DNA of 37,573 bases from Anaerolineales bacterium (GTDB taxonomy: Bacteria; Chloroflexota; Anaerolineae; Anaerolineales; Villigracilaceae), in NCBI GenBank assembly GCA_035708785.1, contig DASTFG010000592.1, positions 1-37,573 on the forward strand, in the 5' to 3' direction. The first letter of the stretch is position 1. Every line of letters begins with the position of its first letter. A program made the position numbers and the translations under genes. The notes under the pieces were generated by a model that was given only the letters and a program-made list of their open reading frames with translations, was not told the DNA's origin and did not search any database. Positions 18,104 to 27,060 of the stretch are shown one piece after another.

Positions 18104-18133
18104 CACAACACTGCCGTGGGGTCTCGTTTTTTT
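18095..18133 (+). terminator. Riboswitch expression-platform terminator
   Basis: CGAGACT(A)CCAC-loop-GTGGGGTCTCG followed by TTTTTTT. The 5' arm overlaps the aptamer 3' strand, so the two folds are mutually exclusive. Confidence 0.85.
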
Positions 18134-18171
18134 ATTTCCCACGGAAATACTTCAATCGAGGAATGGAAACA

Positions 18172-19143
18172 ATGTTCGAAGGAACAATCTGGTTGTGGAT
18201 CGTTTTTAACCTGTTTGTGCTGGGGATGCTCGCCCTGGATCTGGGTGTATTCCATCGCAAGACTCATGTCATCTCGGCAAAAGAGGCTGCAATCTGGAGC
18301 GTGGTCTGGATAACGCTGTCATTGATCTTCAATGCAGGCCTCTATTTCTTTTGGGACAGGCTCATGCCTGGCAGCGCCTACTCGAATAGCGAGGCGGCGC
18401 TGGCTTTTTTTACAGGCTATCTCATCGAGAAGTCGCTGAGTGTCGATAATATCTTCGTCTTCATCCTGATCTTCTCGTACTTCAGTGTGCCGGCGGCTTA
18501 CCAGCACCGTGTGCTTTTCTGGGGAATCCTTGGCGCTCTGATCATGCGCGGTATCCTGATCGTGGTCGGCGCGGCGCTGCTCAAGGAATTCCACTGGCTG
18601 ATTTACGTTTTTGGCGTCTTCCTGATCTTTACAGGGATTCGCATGGCGCTCTCTCAGCATGAAGAGCTGCAGCCTGAGAACAACCCGGTGGTCCGGTTTT
18701 TCCGGAAATTAATGCCCGTCACAGAACGCTACGAGGGGGCAAATTTTTTCGTTCGCCGGGCCGGCGTCCTCATGGCAACGCCTCTCTTCCTGGTCCTGCT
18801 GATCGTCGAGAGCACAGACCTGATCTTCGCGATCGATTCGATCCCGGCCATCTTTGCGGTGACCCAGGATCCCTTCATCGTTTACACCTCGAACGTCTTT
18901 GCCATCCTGGGGCTGCGAGCGTTATATTTTCTCCTGGCAAATGTCATGGATAAGTTCCAATATCTGAAACTGGGACTATCCTTTGTATTGGCCTTCATCG
19001 GCGTCAAAATGATACTCACCGATAACTATCCGATCCCCGTACAGGTCTCGCTCATGATCGTTGCGAGCATTCTCACGATCTCGGTTCTGGCCTCGCTGTG
19101 GAAGGCAAGAACTTCTCCGGAGGAGCTGAAGATCACAGAATAA
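18172..19143 (+). CDS. terC: TerC/Alx-family membrane protein (Mn homeostasis)
   Basis: LALDLG, GYLIEKSLSVDNIFVF, QHRVLFWGILGALIMRG, TDLIFAIDSIPA and TSNVFAILGLRALYF. Start moved from 18001 to ATG 18172 (GAGGA 9 nt upstream). Confidence 0.95.
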   Translation: MFEGTIWLWIVFNLFVLGMLALDLGVFHRKTHVISAKEAAIWSVVWITLSLIFNAGLYFFWDRLMPGSAYSNSEAALAFFTGYLIEKSLSVDNIFVFILIFSYFSVPAAYQHRVLFWGILGALIMRGILIVVGAALLKEFHWLIYVFGVFLIFTGIRMALSQHEELQPENNPVVRFFRKLMPVTERYEGANFFVRRAGVLMATPLFLVLLIVESTDLIFAIDSIPAIFAVTQDPFIVYTSNVFAILGLRALYFLLANVMDKFQYLKLGLSFVLAFIGVKMILTDNYPIPVQVSLMIVASILTISVLASLWKARTSPEELKITE

Positions 19144-19157
19144 CCGCGTGGATGAGT

Positions 19158-20291
19158 TTAAGGAGTGGGGGTCTCGGTCGGCGTGGCTGTCGCGGTTGGC
19201 GTTGAAGTATCGGTGGGGGTAGCGGTATCGGTCAACGTAGGGGTCGGTGTGCGCGTGAACGTCGGAGTGATCGTGGGCGTATCGCTGGGGGTAGGGGTCG
19301 GCGTCAACGTGACAGCCGGTAACGGGATCGGGTCGGTTGATTCTAATCCCAACAGATCTGCGCGGATCCATCCTCCCGCAAATACACTCATCTCCGGGTT
19401 GGTCTGAGCATCTGCGATCAGCAACCAGCGCTCGTTTATCGTATTCACATGAACCGCCCTGAAGAGCAGGCAGGTTTCCACGGGAATTTGTCCCAATACG
19501 GCGTACAGGGTGCTACTGGGACCGGCGCGCACATTGATGTTATCCACATCCTGCTCTACCTGGACGCACAATTCGATAGACCGAAAGGACTGGCTTGTAG
19601 CAGATGGGGTGACTGTGGGTTGGGTTGGCGTGAGGGTCCGTGTGGCTGTGACGGTGGATGACGAAGTAGCCGTTGGAGGTTCGGTAGGCGTGGCGCTGGA
19701 GGTAGGCGTATCCGGCTCCAATGTGATGCTCGGCGCGGCAGTCGTCGGCGGGAGAACGGAAGGCGTCGACATGGGTGTGACAGGTGGTGAGCGAAAAAAA
19801 GTGGCAAAGATTGCGAGCAGGACCAGCACCCCAATTAAGATCGGAATGGCATACGGGCGAAATGCGGGAGGCAGAGGCAAGAGTGGCTTTGAGGCTACAA
19901 CAGGCGGCTCTCCGGTATAACCCAAAGCAGCCAGCAGACTGTTCAGATTGTCGACATAATCTCCCGAAGTAAAGTTCACATAGTTGATCGTGATCAGCGC
20001 GAACGGAATAGGGCTTGGCTCAAGCAGGACGGGAATGATCTTTTTGCGTAACCCCAACGCCTGGGTATATTCCTTCCTCACCCATTCAGACTCGGCAGCA
20101 TCCGGGGAGAGCACAACGATGAAATGGTCGCTCGACTGAATCGCGGCCGGGATGCTGCGCACCCAGTCATCGCCGCCGCGCAGGTCGGTGAGGTCCCACC
20201 AGACATCGTACCCGGCCTTTTCGAGATCCCCCGCCAGCCGGCGGACGAAGCCCATATCCTTGCGTGAGTAACTGATGAAGATTCGTGCCAT
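19158..20291 (-). CDS. TIR-domain membrane protein: TIR - TM - Pro/Thr linker - SH3b-like domain - Pro/Thr repeats
   Basis: IFISYSRKD, VWWD, GDDW, VVLSP, SEWVRKE and KIIPV; TM AIPILIGVLVLLAIFATFF; INVRAGPS...GWIRADLL; TPT repeats. Confidence 0.88.
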   Translation of the reverse strand: MARIFISYSRKDMGFVRRLAGDLEKAGYDVWWDLTDLRGGDDWVRSIPAAIQSSDHFIVVLSPDAAESEWVRKEYTQALGLRKKIIPVLLEPSPIPFALITINYVNFTSGDYVDNLNSLLAALGYTGEPPVVASKPLLPLPPAFRPYAIPILIGVLVLLAIFATFFRSPPVTPMSTPSVLPPTTAAPSITLEPDTPTSSATPTEPPTATSSSTVTATRTLTPTQPTVTPSATSQSFRSIELCVQVEQDVDNINVRAGPSSTLYAVLGQIPVETCLLFRAVHVNTINERWLLIADAQTNPEMSVFAGGWIRADLLGLESTDPIPLPAVTLTPTPTPSDTPTITPTFTRTPTPTLTDTATPTDTSTPTATATPTETPTP

Positions 20292-20517
20292 GTTCGCCTG
20301 AACGTCTATAGATTTAACCGCGTCCGTTCCGTCTTTGTTCCCCTGGCATTCCTTACTCTGGTACCATCATTGCCTATCCCTATGGGATTCTGGTAAAACA
20401 GTGGATGCATCTCCCAGCCCCTGACCTGAACGATGCAATAGGATATTACCATTCCCCGGCGAGTTTTGGGAGATTTAAGTGGAAGCTTTATAATCGTATT
20501 GTGATTGAAACAGTTCC

Positions 20518-20629
20518 TCAGACTGCACGTAATCGACTTGAAGAGATAAGATTGGCAGCATCTTGTAGAGGCCGCGCCATGACGTTGGAGCAGCCCATCG
20601 CATACTCTTTAAAGGAAAACGATGGCTAA
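20518..20629 (+). pseudogene. Remnant 3' tip of a STAND/TPR paralog
   Basis: Reads ARNRLEEIRLAASCRGRAMTLEQPIAYSLKENDG*, versus the downstream gene's end EGRAMTMEQAIAYALQDAED*. 43/60 nt are identical (20570-20629 vs 23337-23396) and in register to the TAA. Confidence 0.75.
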
Positions 20630-23396
20630 CCCTTCGATAAACTTAAGCGGGCACCTTCCTTCGGGAACCGTAACGTTCTTATTTACCGATATCGAGGGCT
20701 CGACGCGTCTCCTGCAGCAATTGGGTGAGAAATATACCACTCTGCTTGAGGAACACCAGCAACTCTTACAGGAAATATGCGAGAATCACCATGGGAGCGT
20801 GGTGGGCACGCAGGGCGATTCATTTTTCGTTGCGTTCTCGAGTGCTGTAGATGCAATCCACGCCGTCGTAAAGGCCCAACGTGCCCTCAATGCCCATCCG
20901 TGGATGGATGGTGTCATGGTGCGCGTGCGCATGGGCCTGCATACGGGCGAGCCGCAGATCAGCTCATCAGGTTATGTGGGCATCGATGTGCATCGCGCGG
21001 CCCGGATCGCCGCCGCCGGGTATGGCGGGCAGGTGCTGCTCTCACAAACCACGGTCGATTTGATCGCGACCGAACTACCCGACGGGGTGACTTTGCGCGA
21101 CCTAGGGGAACACCGCCTGAAGGATCTGCGCCGGCCCAAGCATCTCTATCAGCTCATCATCACCGGTTTGCCCTCTGACTTTCCGCCGCTCAAATCACTC
21201 AGAGCCCCGAATAATTTGCCCGTCCTGCTGACCAGTTTTATCGGGCGCTCCAGCGAAATTGCCGATATCAAGCAGCTGCTTTCGGATGGCCGGCTCTTGA
21301 CTTTAACGGGTCCGGGAGGGAGCGGCAAAACGCGTTTGGCACTACAAGTGGCCTCCGAGCTGGTCGATGATTTTCATGATGGCGTGTTTTTCGCTGCCCT
21401 GGCACCGGTTACGGATCCGGGGCTCGTCGCTTCGACCATCGCCCAAACATTGGGTGTCACGGAGACGGCTGGACAGCCTATCGTCGAGACCCTAAAGGAT
21501 TATTTGCAGAGCAGAACGTTGCTGCTGTTGCTGGACAACTTTGAGCAGGTCATCGACAGCGCACCACTCGCGGCCCAGTTGTTAGCGGCATGCGGACAAT
21601 TAAAGATCCTGGTCACCAGCCGGGAGGCCCTGCGCATCCGCGGTGAGCGCATTTACCCGGTGCCGCCGTTGGCTCTGCCGAATCTCTCTCAGTTGCCGCC
21701 CGAAGCGATCGCGCAATATGCCGCCGTCAAATTGTTCATCCAGCGCGCCCAGGCGGTCAGGCCTGACTTTCGCGTCACGAATGAAACGGCACCAGTGGTT
21801 GCCGAGATCTGTCACCGGCTGGAGGGACTGCCGCTGGCAATCGAGTTGGCAGCAGCACGCATCAAGCTGCTGCCGCCACGTTCGATGCTCGCACGCCTCG
21901 GGAAACGGCTGGAATTTTTAACGTCCGGCGGGCGCGACCTGCCCGCACGCCAGCAAACCCTGCGGGATGCCATTGCCTGGAGTTACGATCTGCTTGAAGA
22001 ACATGAGCAGAGATTGTTCCGGCGGATATCGGTTTTCGTCGGCGGCTGTACCGTCCATGCGGTTGAAGAGGTGGCTGGCGATGATCCGGCGCAGTTCCCT
22101 ATTCTGGACCAATTGGGCTCGCTGCTGGATAAAAGTATGCTGCGAGAGGTGGAGGATACGGACGGTGGTCCGCGTTTTGCCATGCTGGAGCTGCTGCGCG
22201 AGTTTGGGCTGGAGCAACTGGAGGCCAGTGGGGAGCAAGAAGAGGTTCGACACCGGCATGTACGTTTTTTCCTCAAGCTGGCCGAGCACGCAGAAGCCGG
22301 ATTGGAGAGCCCGGAGCAGGTTGAATGGATGTATCGAATGGAGCAGGAGCATGACAACCTGCGCGCGGCGTTAGACTGGAGCAAGTCTACAGCAGGCACC
22401 CAAGAATTATGTTTGCGATTAGCTGCTGCACTCGGATATTTCTGGGAAATGCATGGGCATTTTAGCGAGGGACGCGAACGGCTCTCCGCTATCCTTTCGA
22501 AGGAGTTTGCCCAAGGGCAAACGGCCGCACGCGCCAGGTTGCTCGCCCGGGCAGCAGAGCTTGCCTACCGGCAAAGTGATTATCCGGCGACCGGCTCATT
22601 TGCCGAAGAGAGTCTGAGGATCTACCGCAAACTAGGAGACAGGCAAGGCATCGCATCAATGCTCATCAAGTTGGGCAATGCCGCGACAGAGCGGGGTGCT
22701 TATGCGTCTGCGTCTCGCTTTTTGGAAGAGGCGTTGATGACCTGGCGTGAGTTAAAGGATAAACATGGTATCGCCCGCGCGCTCATCAGCTTGGGGTGGG
22801 CCGCGCTGCGATCAGGAGATCATGATTTAGCCAGCACTCGACTTCAGGAGGCATTAACGCTATCTCGACAGTTGGGAGATGCACGGAGTATGGGCTTTGA
22901 GCTTTCTGGCCTGGGGGAAGTAGCCCTGCGGCAGGGTGATTACGCTCGTGCGACACAACTGATGGAAGAGAGCCTCGAAGTACGTCGGCAACTCGGCAAC
23001 AAATGGGGTATTGGTGTTTCGCTCGGTATGTTGGGCTGGGTCGCCATGCGCGAGCGAGATTGGGAGCGCGCAATTAAACAGCTGGGCGAGAGCTTGAAAG
23101 TTCGGCAGCAAATCGGTGACAAGGGCGGCAGTGCCTGGTGCCTCGAGCGCCTGGCAGGGGTCGCTATGGCACAGGGGCAGGCAGAGAAAGCGGTACGCCT
23201 GTTCGGCACCGCAGCCGCGCTGCGCTCCTCCATCGGCTCGGTCATTGATCCGGTCGATCAGGCCAGGTATAAGAAAAATCTCAACTCCCTGCGGAAGAAG
23301 TTAGGCAAGGAACGATATGCGGCAATCTGGAACGAAGGCCGGGCGATGACGATGGAGCAGGCCATCGCGTATGCACTCCAGGATGCTGAAGACTAA
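20622..23396 (+). CDS. Class III adenylate/guanylate cyclase - STAND NTPase (NB-ARC-like) - TPR protein
   Basis: TFLFTDIEGST, QGDSFF, VRMGLHTGE, VHRAARI and GGQVLLS; Walker A GPGGSGKT; Walker B LLLLDNFEQ; VTSRE and LEGLPLAIELAAAR; TPR array at the C-terminus. Confidence 0.93.
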   Translation: MANPSINLSGHLPSGTVTFLFTDIEGSTRLLQQLGEKYTTLLEEHQQLLQEICENHHGSVVGTQGDSFFVAFSSAVDAIHAVVKAQRALNAHPWMDGVMVRVRMGLHTGEPQISSSGYVGIDVHRAARIAAAGYGGQVLLSQTTVDLIATELPDGVTLRDLGEHRLKDLRRPKHLYQLIITGLPSDFPPLKSLRAPNNLPVLLTSFIGRSSEIADIKQLLSDGRLLTLTGPGGSGKTRLALQVASELVDDFHDGVFFAALAPVTDPGLVASTIAQTLGVTETAGQPIVETLKDYLQSRTLLLLLDNFEQVIDSAPLAAQLLAACGQLKILVTSREALRIRGERIYPVPPLALPNLSQLPPEAIAQYAAVKLFIQRAQAVRPDFRVTNETAPVVAEICHRLEGLPLAIELAAARIKLLPPRSMLARLGKRLEFLTSGGRDLPARQQTLRDAIAWSYDLLEEHEQRLFRRISVFVGGCTVHAVEEVAGDDPAQFPILDQLGSLLDKSMLREVEDTDGGPRFAMLELLREFGLEQLEASGEQEEVRHRHVRFFLKLAEHAEAGLESPEQVEWMYRMEQEHDNLRAALDWSKSTAGTQELCLRLAAALGYFWEMHGHFSEGRERLSAILSKEFAQGQTAARARLLARAAELAYRQSDYPATGSFAEESLRIYRKLGDRQGIASMLIKLGNAATERGAYASASRFLEEALMTWRELKDKHGIARALISLGWAALRSGDHDLASTRLQEALTLSRQLGDARSMGFELSGLGEVALRQGDYARATQLMEESLEVRRQLGNKWGIGVSLGMLGWVAMRERDWERAIKQLGESLKVRQQIGDKGGSAWCLERLAGVAMAQGQAEKAVRLFGTAAALRSSIGSVIDPVDQARYKKNLNSLRKKLGKERYAAIWNEGRAMTMEQAIAYALQDAED

Positions 23397-23470
23397 TCTT
23401 CTTCTGTTTGGTTACGAACTTCTTACTTCCGTCTGTTAAATTTTCTAATACGCCTCTCATCCTCTTTTCC

Positions 23471-23513
23471 TTGACTTAACTTGCTTCGCGCATAAAGTTA
23501 AGTGTACTTACTT
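23471..23513 (+). promoter_or_regulatory. Promoter and operator of the DUF3500 unit
   Basis: TTGACT-16 bp-TAAAGT, overlapped by AGTTAAGT-gt-ACTTACTT (23496-23513) and by a 9-bp inverted repeat ACTTAACTT/AAGTTAAGT. Confidence 0.65.
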
Positions 23514-23545
23514 GTTTCTGTGTTCTGCTTTTTGGAGGTACAGCC

Positions 23546-24640
23546 ATGTCGAAAAAGCTCTCCCGGAGGGACGCATTGAAAGTAGGCGCACTGGGCATGC
23601 TCGGGGGTTTGGCCGCCTGCTCGCCCCTTGCCCGGGCGACCGAGGCTTTACTGCCCACACCGTCCCCGTTTCCGACCCGTATTCCAACCGATATTCCTGC
23701 CCCCTCGGCGACAGCCGCGCCCGGGACGGCCCCAACGGCCGGTCCAACCGTCAGCACGCTGATCGACGAGATTGCCGGCCGGGCCGTGCGCTACCTCGAT
23801 TCGCTGGACGAAGCGCAGCGGACAAAATCCACGTATTCCTTCAGTGATCCGGAACTGACACGCTGGCACTGGACCACACCCCGCAATTATCCGCGCAACG
23901 GTCTGCCGCTCCGCGAAATGGGAACTTCCCAGCGTGACGCGGCCTTTGCTCTGTTACAAACCAGTCTGTCTGGCTATGGTCTGCAGAAATCCCTCGACAT
24001 CATCTCACTGCAGAACGATCTGGGCAACGACCCCGAGCTCTACTACGTGACGGTGTTCGGCACGCCGGGGGTCGAACCCTGGGGCTGGAGATGGGAAGGA
24101 CATCATCTCTCGCGGCGTTTCAACGTCATCAATGGCAAGCTTTCGGTCACGCCGTTCTTCCTCGGCGCGTGGCCGACAGTCAACAATGCCGGCCTGAAGG
24201 CCATGGAGCGTGAAGAATGGGCCGCGCGTGAATTGGTCACTTCACTGGACGAAAATCAACGCGCCGTTGCGATTTTTCAGCAGGATACGCTCGGACGCCA
24301 TGTCACACAAAACGAGGCATATGTATCTCCATTGGAATCCATCGGCATTTCTGTCTCCAATCTAAATGCCAACCAGCAAACGCTCGTCATGGAGGTTATC
24401 CATAAATACCTCGACACCCTGCCGGAGCTGATCGCCGCTTCCCACCTGGACCGGTTGCAGGCGGCCGGCATCGAGAACTTGATCTTCGCCTGGGCCGGCC
24501 CGCTCGAGGCGCAGCGCCCGCACTACTACCGCTTACAGGGCCCCACCTTTTTATTGGAACATGACAACTCACGGAATCGCGGCACCCACATCCACAGCGT
24601 CTGGCGCGACTTTGCAGAGGACTTCGGTCAAAGTTTCTAA
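23546..24640 (+). CDS. Tat-exported lipoprotein with a DUF3500 domain
   Basis: SRRDALK twin-Arg motif, lipobox LAAC, Pro/Thr linker; YYVTVFGTP..PWGWRWEGHHLS, TPFFLGA, YYRLQGPTFLLEHDN and HIHSVWRD. SD GGAGG. Confidence 0.88.
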   Translation: MSKKLSRRDALKVGALGMLGGLAACSPLARATEALLPTPSPFPTRIPTDIPAPSATAAPGTAPTAGPTVSTLIDEIAGRAVRYLDSLDEAQRTKSTYSFSDPELTRWHWTTPRNYPRNGLPLREMGTSQRDAAFALLQTSLSGYGLQKSLDIISLQNDLGNDPELYYVTVFGTPGVEPWGWRWEGHHLSRRFNVINGKLSVTPFFLGAWPTVNNAGLKAMEREEWAARELVTSLDENQRAVAIFQQDTLGRHVTQNEAYVSPLESIGISVSNLNANQQTLVMEVIHKYLDTLPELIAASHLDRLQAAGIENLIFAWAGPLEAQRPHYYRLQGPTFLLEHDNSRNRGTHIHSVWRDFAEDFGQSF

Positions 24641-24651
24641 ATGGCCCTCGC

Positions 24652-24691
24652 GCTGAGCGGAGGGTCGCGGTTGCCGACCCGTAGTCGAAGC
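24652..24691. repeat. REP-like element of the GCTGAG...TCGAAGC type with an inserted hairpin
   Basis: GCTGAGCGGA-GGGTCGcggttgcCGACCC-GTAGTCGAAGC; related to 33286-33307. Confidence 0.55.
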
Positions 24692-24702
24692 ATCTTTCTT
24701 AG

Positions 24703-24765
24703 ACCACAGAGTCATGGAGACACTGAGAAAAATTTATGAACTCCCTGACTCTGTGTCGCCGCGGT
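24703..24765. repeat. CACAGAG-type inverted repeat element
   Basis: CACAGAGTCATGGAG (24705-24719) pairs 14/15 with CTCCCTGACTCTGTG (24741-24755). Confidence 0.6.
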
Positions 24766-24818
24766 TATTTTGAGGTTTCTGCAAGAGGCCTCTTTGAGAT
24801 GAGCTGTAAATACAAATT

Positions 24819-25463
24819 ATGACGCGTCTCCCGCGATGGCGAAATATACTGGTCCACGTTATAGCAGCTTTACCTTTGGCCCTGACCGCATATGAATATG
24901 TCACGGGCACGCTGCCGATCGTCCTGGACCGGCATCTGATCATCCGATTCGGCGCGGCTGGCCTGGCGCTCATTGTGGCAGCATTTGCGATCACCCCCCT
25001 CATCACTCTAACGGGCAAATCACAACTGGTTACCATGCGCCGTTCGCTGGGTGTGTACGGGTTTTCTTACATCACCCTACACCTGCTGGCGTACGCCTGG
25101 CTCAGCAATGGCTTTGACTGGGCATTGATCCTGCGTGATCTGGGTGAGCGCCGCGCGATGAGCATCGGCCTCTTGGCCTTCGCGCTGCTCATCCCGCTGG
25201 CGCTGACCTCGACGAACGGTTGGCAGAGGCGCCTGGGCAGGCGCTGGAAGGTCCTGCACCGTTTAGTGTATTTTGCGGTCCCGCTGAGTATCTTGCATTA
25301 CTTCTGGCTGGAGAGGGATATACATGATTGGGTTTTGGTCTATACGCTCACTGTAGTATTTTTATTCGCAGTACGATTACCCGCGATCCGACGTTTCATT
25401 GCCCGCAGCCGCCAGCGTCCGCAATTGCCCGTGGATGCAGGCAAGACAGAGATTGACTTATAA
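24819..25463 (+). CDS. msrQ: MsrQ/YedZ-like heme b membrane protein (ferric reductase-like TM domain)
   Basis: ITPL, MRRSLGVYGFSY..LH, PLALTS, RRLGRRWKVLHRLVY and LHYFW; heme-ligand His residues retained. Confidence 0.88.
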   Translation: MTRLPRWRNILVHVIAALPLALTAYEYVTGTLPIVLDRHLIIRFGAAGLALIVAAFAITPLITLTGKSQLVTMRRSLGVYGFSYITLHLLAYAWLSNGFDWALILRDLGERRAMSIGLLAFALLIPLALTSTNGWQRRLGRRWKVLHRLVYFAVPLSILHYFWLERDIHDWVLVYTLTVVFLFAVRLPAIRRFIARSRQRPQLPVDAGKTEIDL

Positions 25464-25474
25464 AGAAGGAATTC

Positions 25475-26995
25475 ATGCCTCATTTGTATCTTTATCGGCT
25501 TCTTATTGCTCTGGCCATAACTCTGATATCCCTGGCAGGCTGCAGTGGAAGCACAGCGAATGCAACACCCACCTTAACAGTTATAACGCCGACAGAAACA
25601 GCAACGGTGACAGAGCCTTCAAGAACGCCGGATCGCGCGGCGAATTCCGGTGCTCCCGGAGTAGGCGACTCGCTCTATCCCGATTTTGGCAACGGCGGCT
25701 ACGATGTACAGCACTACACGTTGGAACTCAACATCAACGACGTAGCGACCAGTGACCTCGACGGCATGACTACCATCGAGGCTCGAGCAACCCAGAACCT
25801 GAGCAGCTTCAACCTGGATTTCATCGGTTTTGAAATTGAAGAAGTTACGGTAAACGGCCAGCCCGCCGATCATAGACGCCGCAGCCAGGAGCTGACGATT
25901 ACACCTTCCACTCCGCTAAGTGAGAACGAATTGTTTACCGTGGAGGTTCAATATGAAGGCTCGCCGGAACAGGTGCGTTCGGTGGCGCTTCCCTTCCAAA
26001 CCGGCTGGATCCCTTTTGATGGCGGCAGTTTCGTGTTGAGCGAGCCGGATGGCGCCGCGAGTTTTTTTCCCGTGAACGACCATCCGCTGGATAAAGCATC
26101 CTACACCTTCCGGGTGACGGTGCCCGAGCCGTTCGAAGTCGCGGCCAATGGGGTGCTGACCGAAACGATCGATCACGGGGAGACGACCACGTTCCTGTTC
26201 GAGGCGCGTGACCCGATGGCAAGCTACCTCGCCACCGTCAACATCGACGAGTTCGACCTGGAAACTTCGCAGGCAGAGAACGGGATTCCCATCCGGAATT
26301 ATTATTCGACGGGTTTGCCTGAAAATATTCGCAGACCGTTCGAGCGCCAGGACGAAATGCTCGTGTACTTTAGCGAGCTCTTTGGGCTGTATCCGTTTGA
26401 GGTCTATGGCGCGCTCGTGCTGGATACCCGCCTCGGCGCGGCCCTGGAGACACAAACTCTGTCCATCTTCGGCCTGGACATGATCGAGCCGGCTCATGTG
26501 GAGAGCAGTGAACAGGTCGTCGCGCATGAGCTGGCACACCAATGGTTTGGGAACAGCGTCAGCCTGGCAGATTGGCGCGACATCTGGCTCAACGAGAGCT
26601 TTGCCACGTATGCACAGGGACTGTGGACCGAACATACGGAGGGACCAGCCGCGCTGGATGCATGGATCCGGGAACTGTATCGTTTCGTCCTCGAAAATCA
26701 AGAAGCCTTGCCGCCCCCGGGCGACCCGCCCGCGGATCGGCTGTTCAATGCAGGTGTCTATTACTGGGGGGCACTGGGATTACATGCCTTGCGCCTCGAA
26801 GTAGGGGATGAGGTCTTCTTTGAAATTCTGAAAACATACCATGAAGAGTATGAGGGTGGTAATGCTACGACTGCCAACTTTATCGCTATGGCAGAAGAAG
26901 TGAGCGGGAAGGAACTCAGCGCGTTCTTCGATAGCTGGTTATACAGTGAGGAGCTTGCTCCGATCCCCGCGCTCGGTTTGGAGGCAAAACGGTAA
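25475..26995 (+). CDS. M1-family zinc aminopeptidase, predicted lipoprotein
   Basis: Lipobox LAGC; GNGGYDVQHY, NDHPLDKA, AALETQT, HELAHQWFGN, WLNESFATYA and YYWGA. Confidence 0.93.
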   Translation: MPHLYLYRLLIALAITLISLAGCSGSTANATPTLTVITPTETATVTEPSRTPDRAANSGAPGVGDSLYPDFGNGGYDVQHYTLELNINDVATSDLDGMTTIEARATQNLSSFNLDFIGFEIEEVTVNGQPADHRRRSQELTITPSTPLSENELFTVEVQYEGSPEQVRSVALPFQTGWIPFDGGSFVLSEPDGAASFFPVNDHPLDKASYTFRVTVPEPFEVAANGVLTETIDHGETTTFLFEARDPMASYLATVNIDEFDLETSQAENGIPIRNYYSTGLPENIRRPFERQDEMLVYFSELFGLYPFEVYGALVLDTRLGAALETQTLSIFGLDMIEPAHVESSEQVVAHELAHQWFGNSVSLADWRDIWLNESFATYAQGLWTEHTEGPAALDAWIRELYRFVLENQEALPPPGDPPADRLFNAGVYYWGALGLHALRLEVGDEVFFEILKTYHEEYEGGNATTANFIAMAEEVSGKELSAFFDSWLYSEELAPIPALGLEAKR

Positions 26996-27060
26996 ATAAG
27001 ACTTCACCAGGAAGCAAAAATACCTGTATCTTCTCTACTACCTCTCTTAATTTCGCTGTC

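Noticed and set aside
18001-18171. 57-aa N-terminal extension of TerC
   Set aside because: The region is the riboswitch and its terminator; the SD supports ATG 18172.
19160-19320. Periodic sequence as a CRISPR array or DNA repeat
   Set aside because: It encodes Thr-Pro repeats of the TIR protein; there are no identical repeats with unique spacers.
20405-20629. 74-aa ORF as an intact gene
   Set aside because: Only the last ~35 codons resemble a protein (STAND C-terminus); treated as a remnant.
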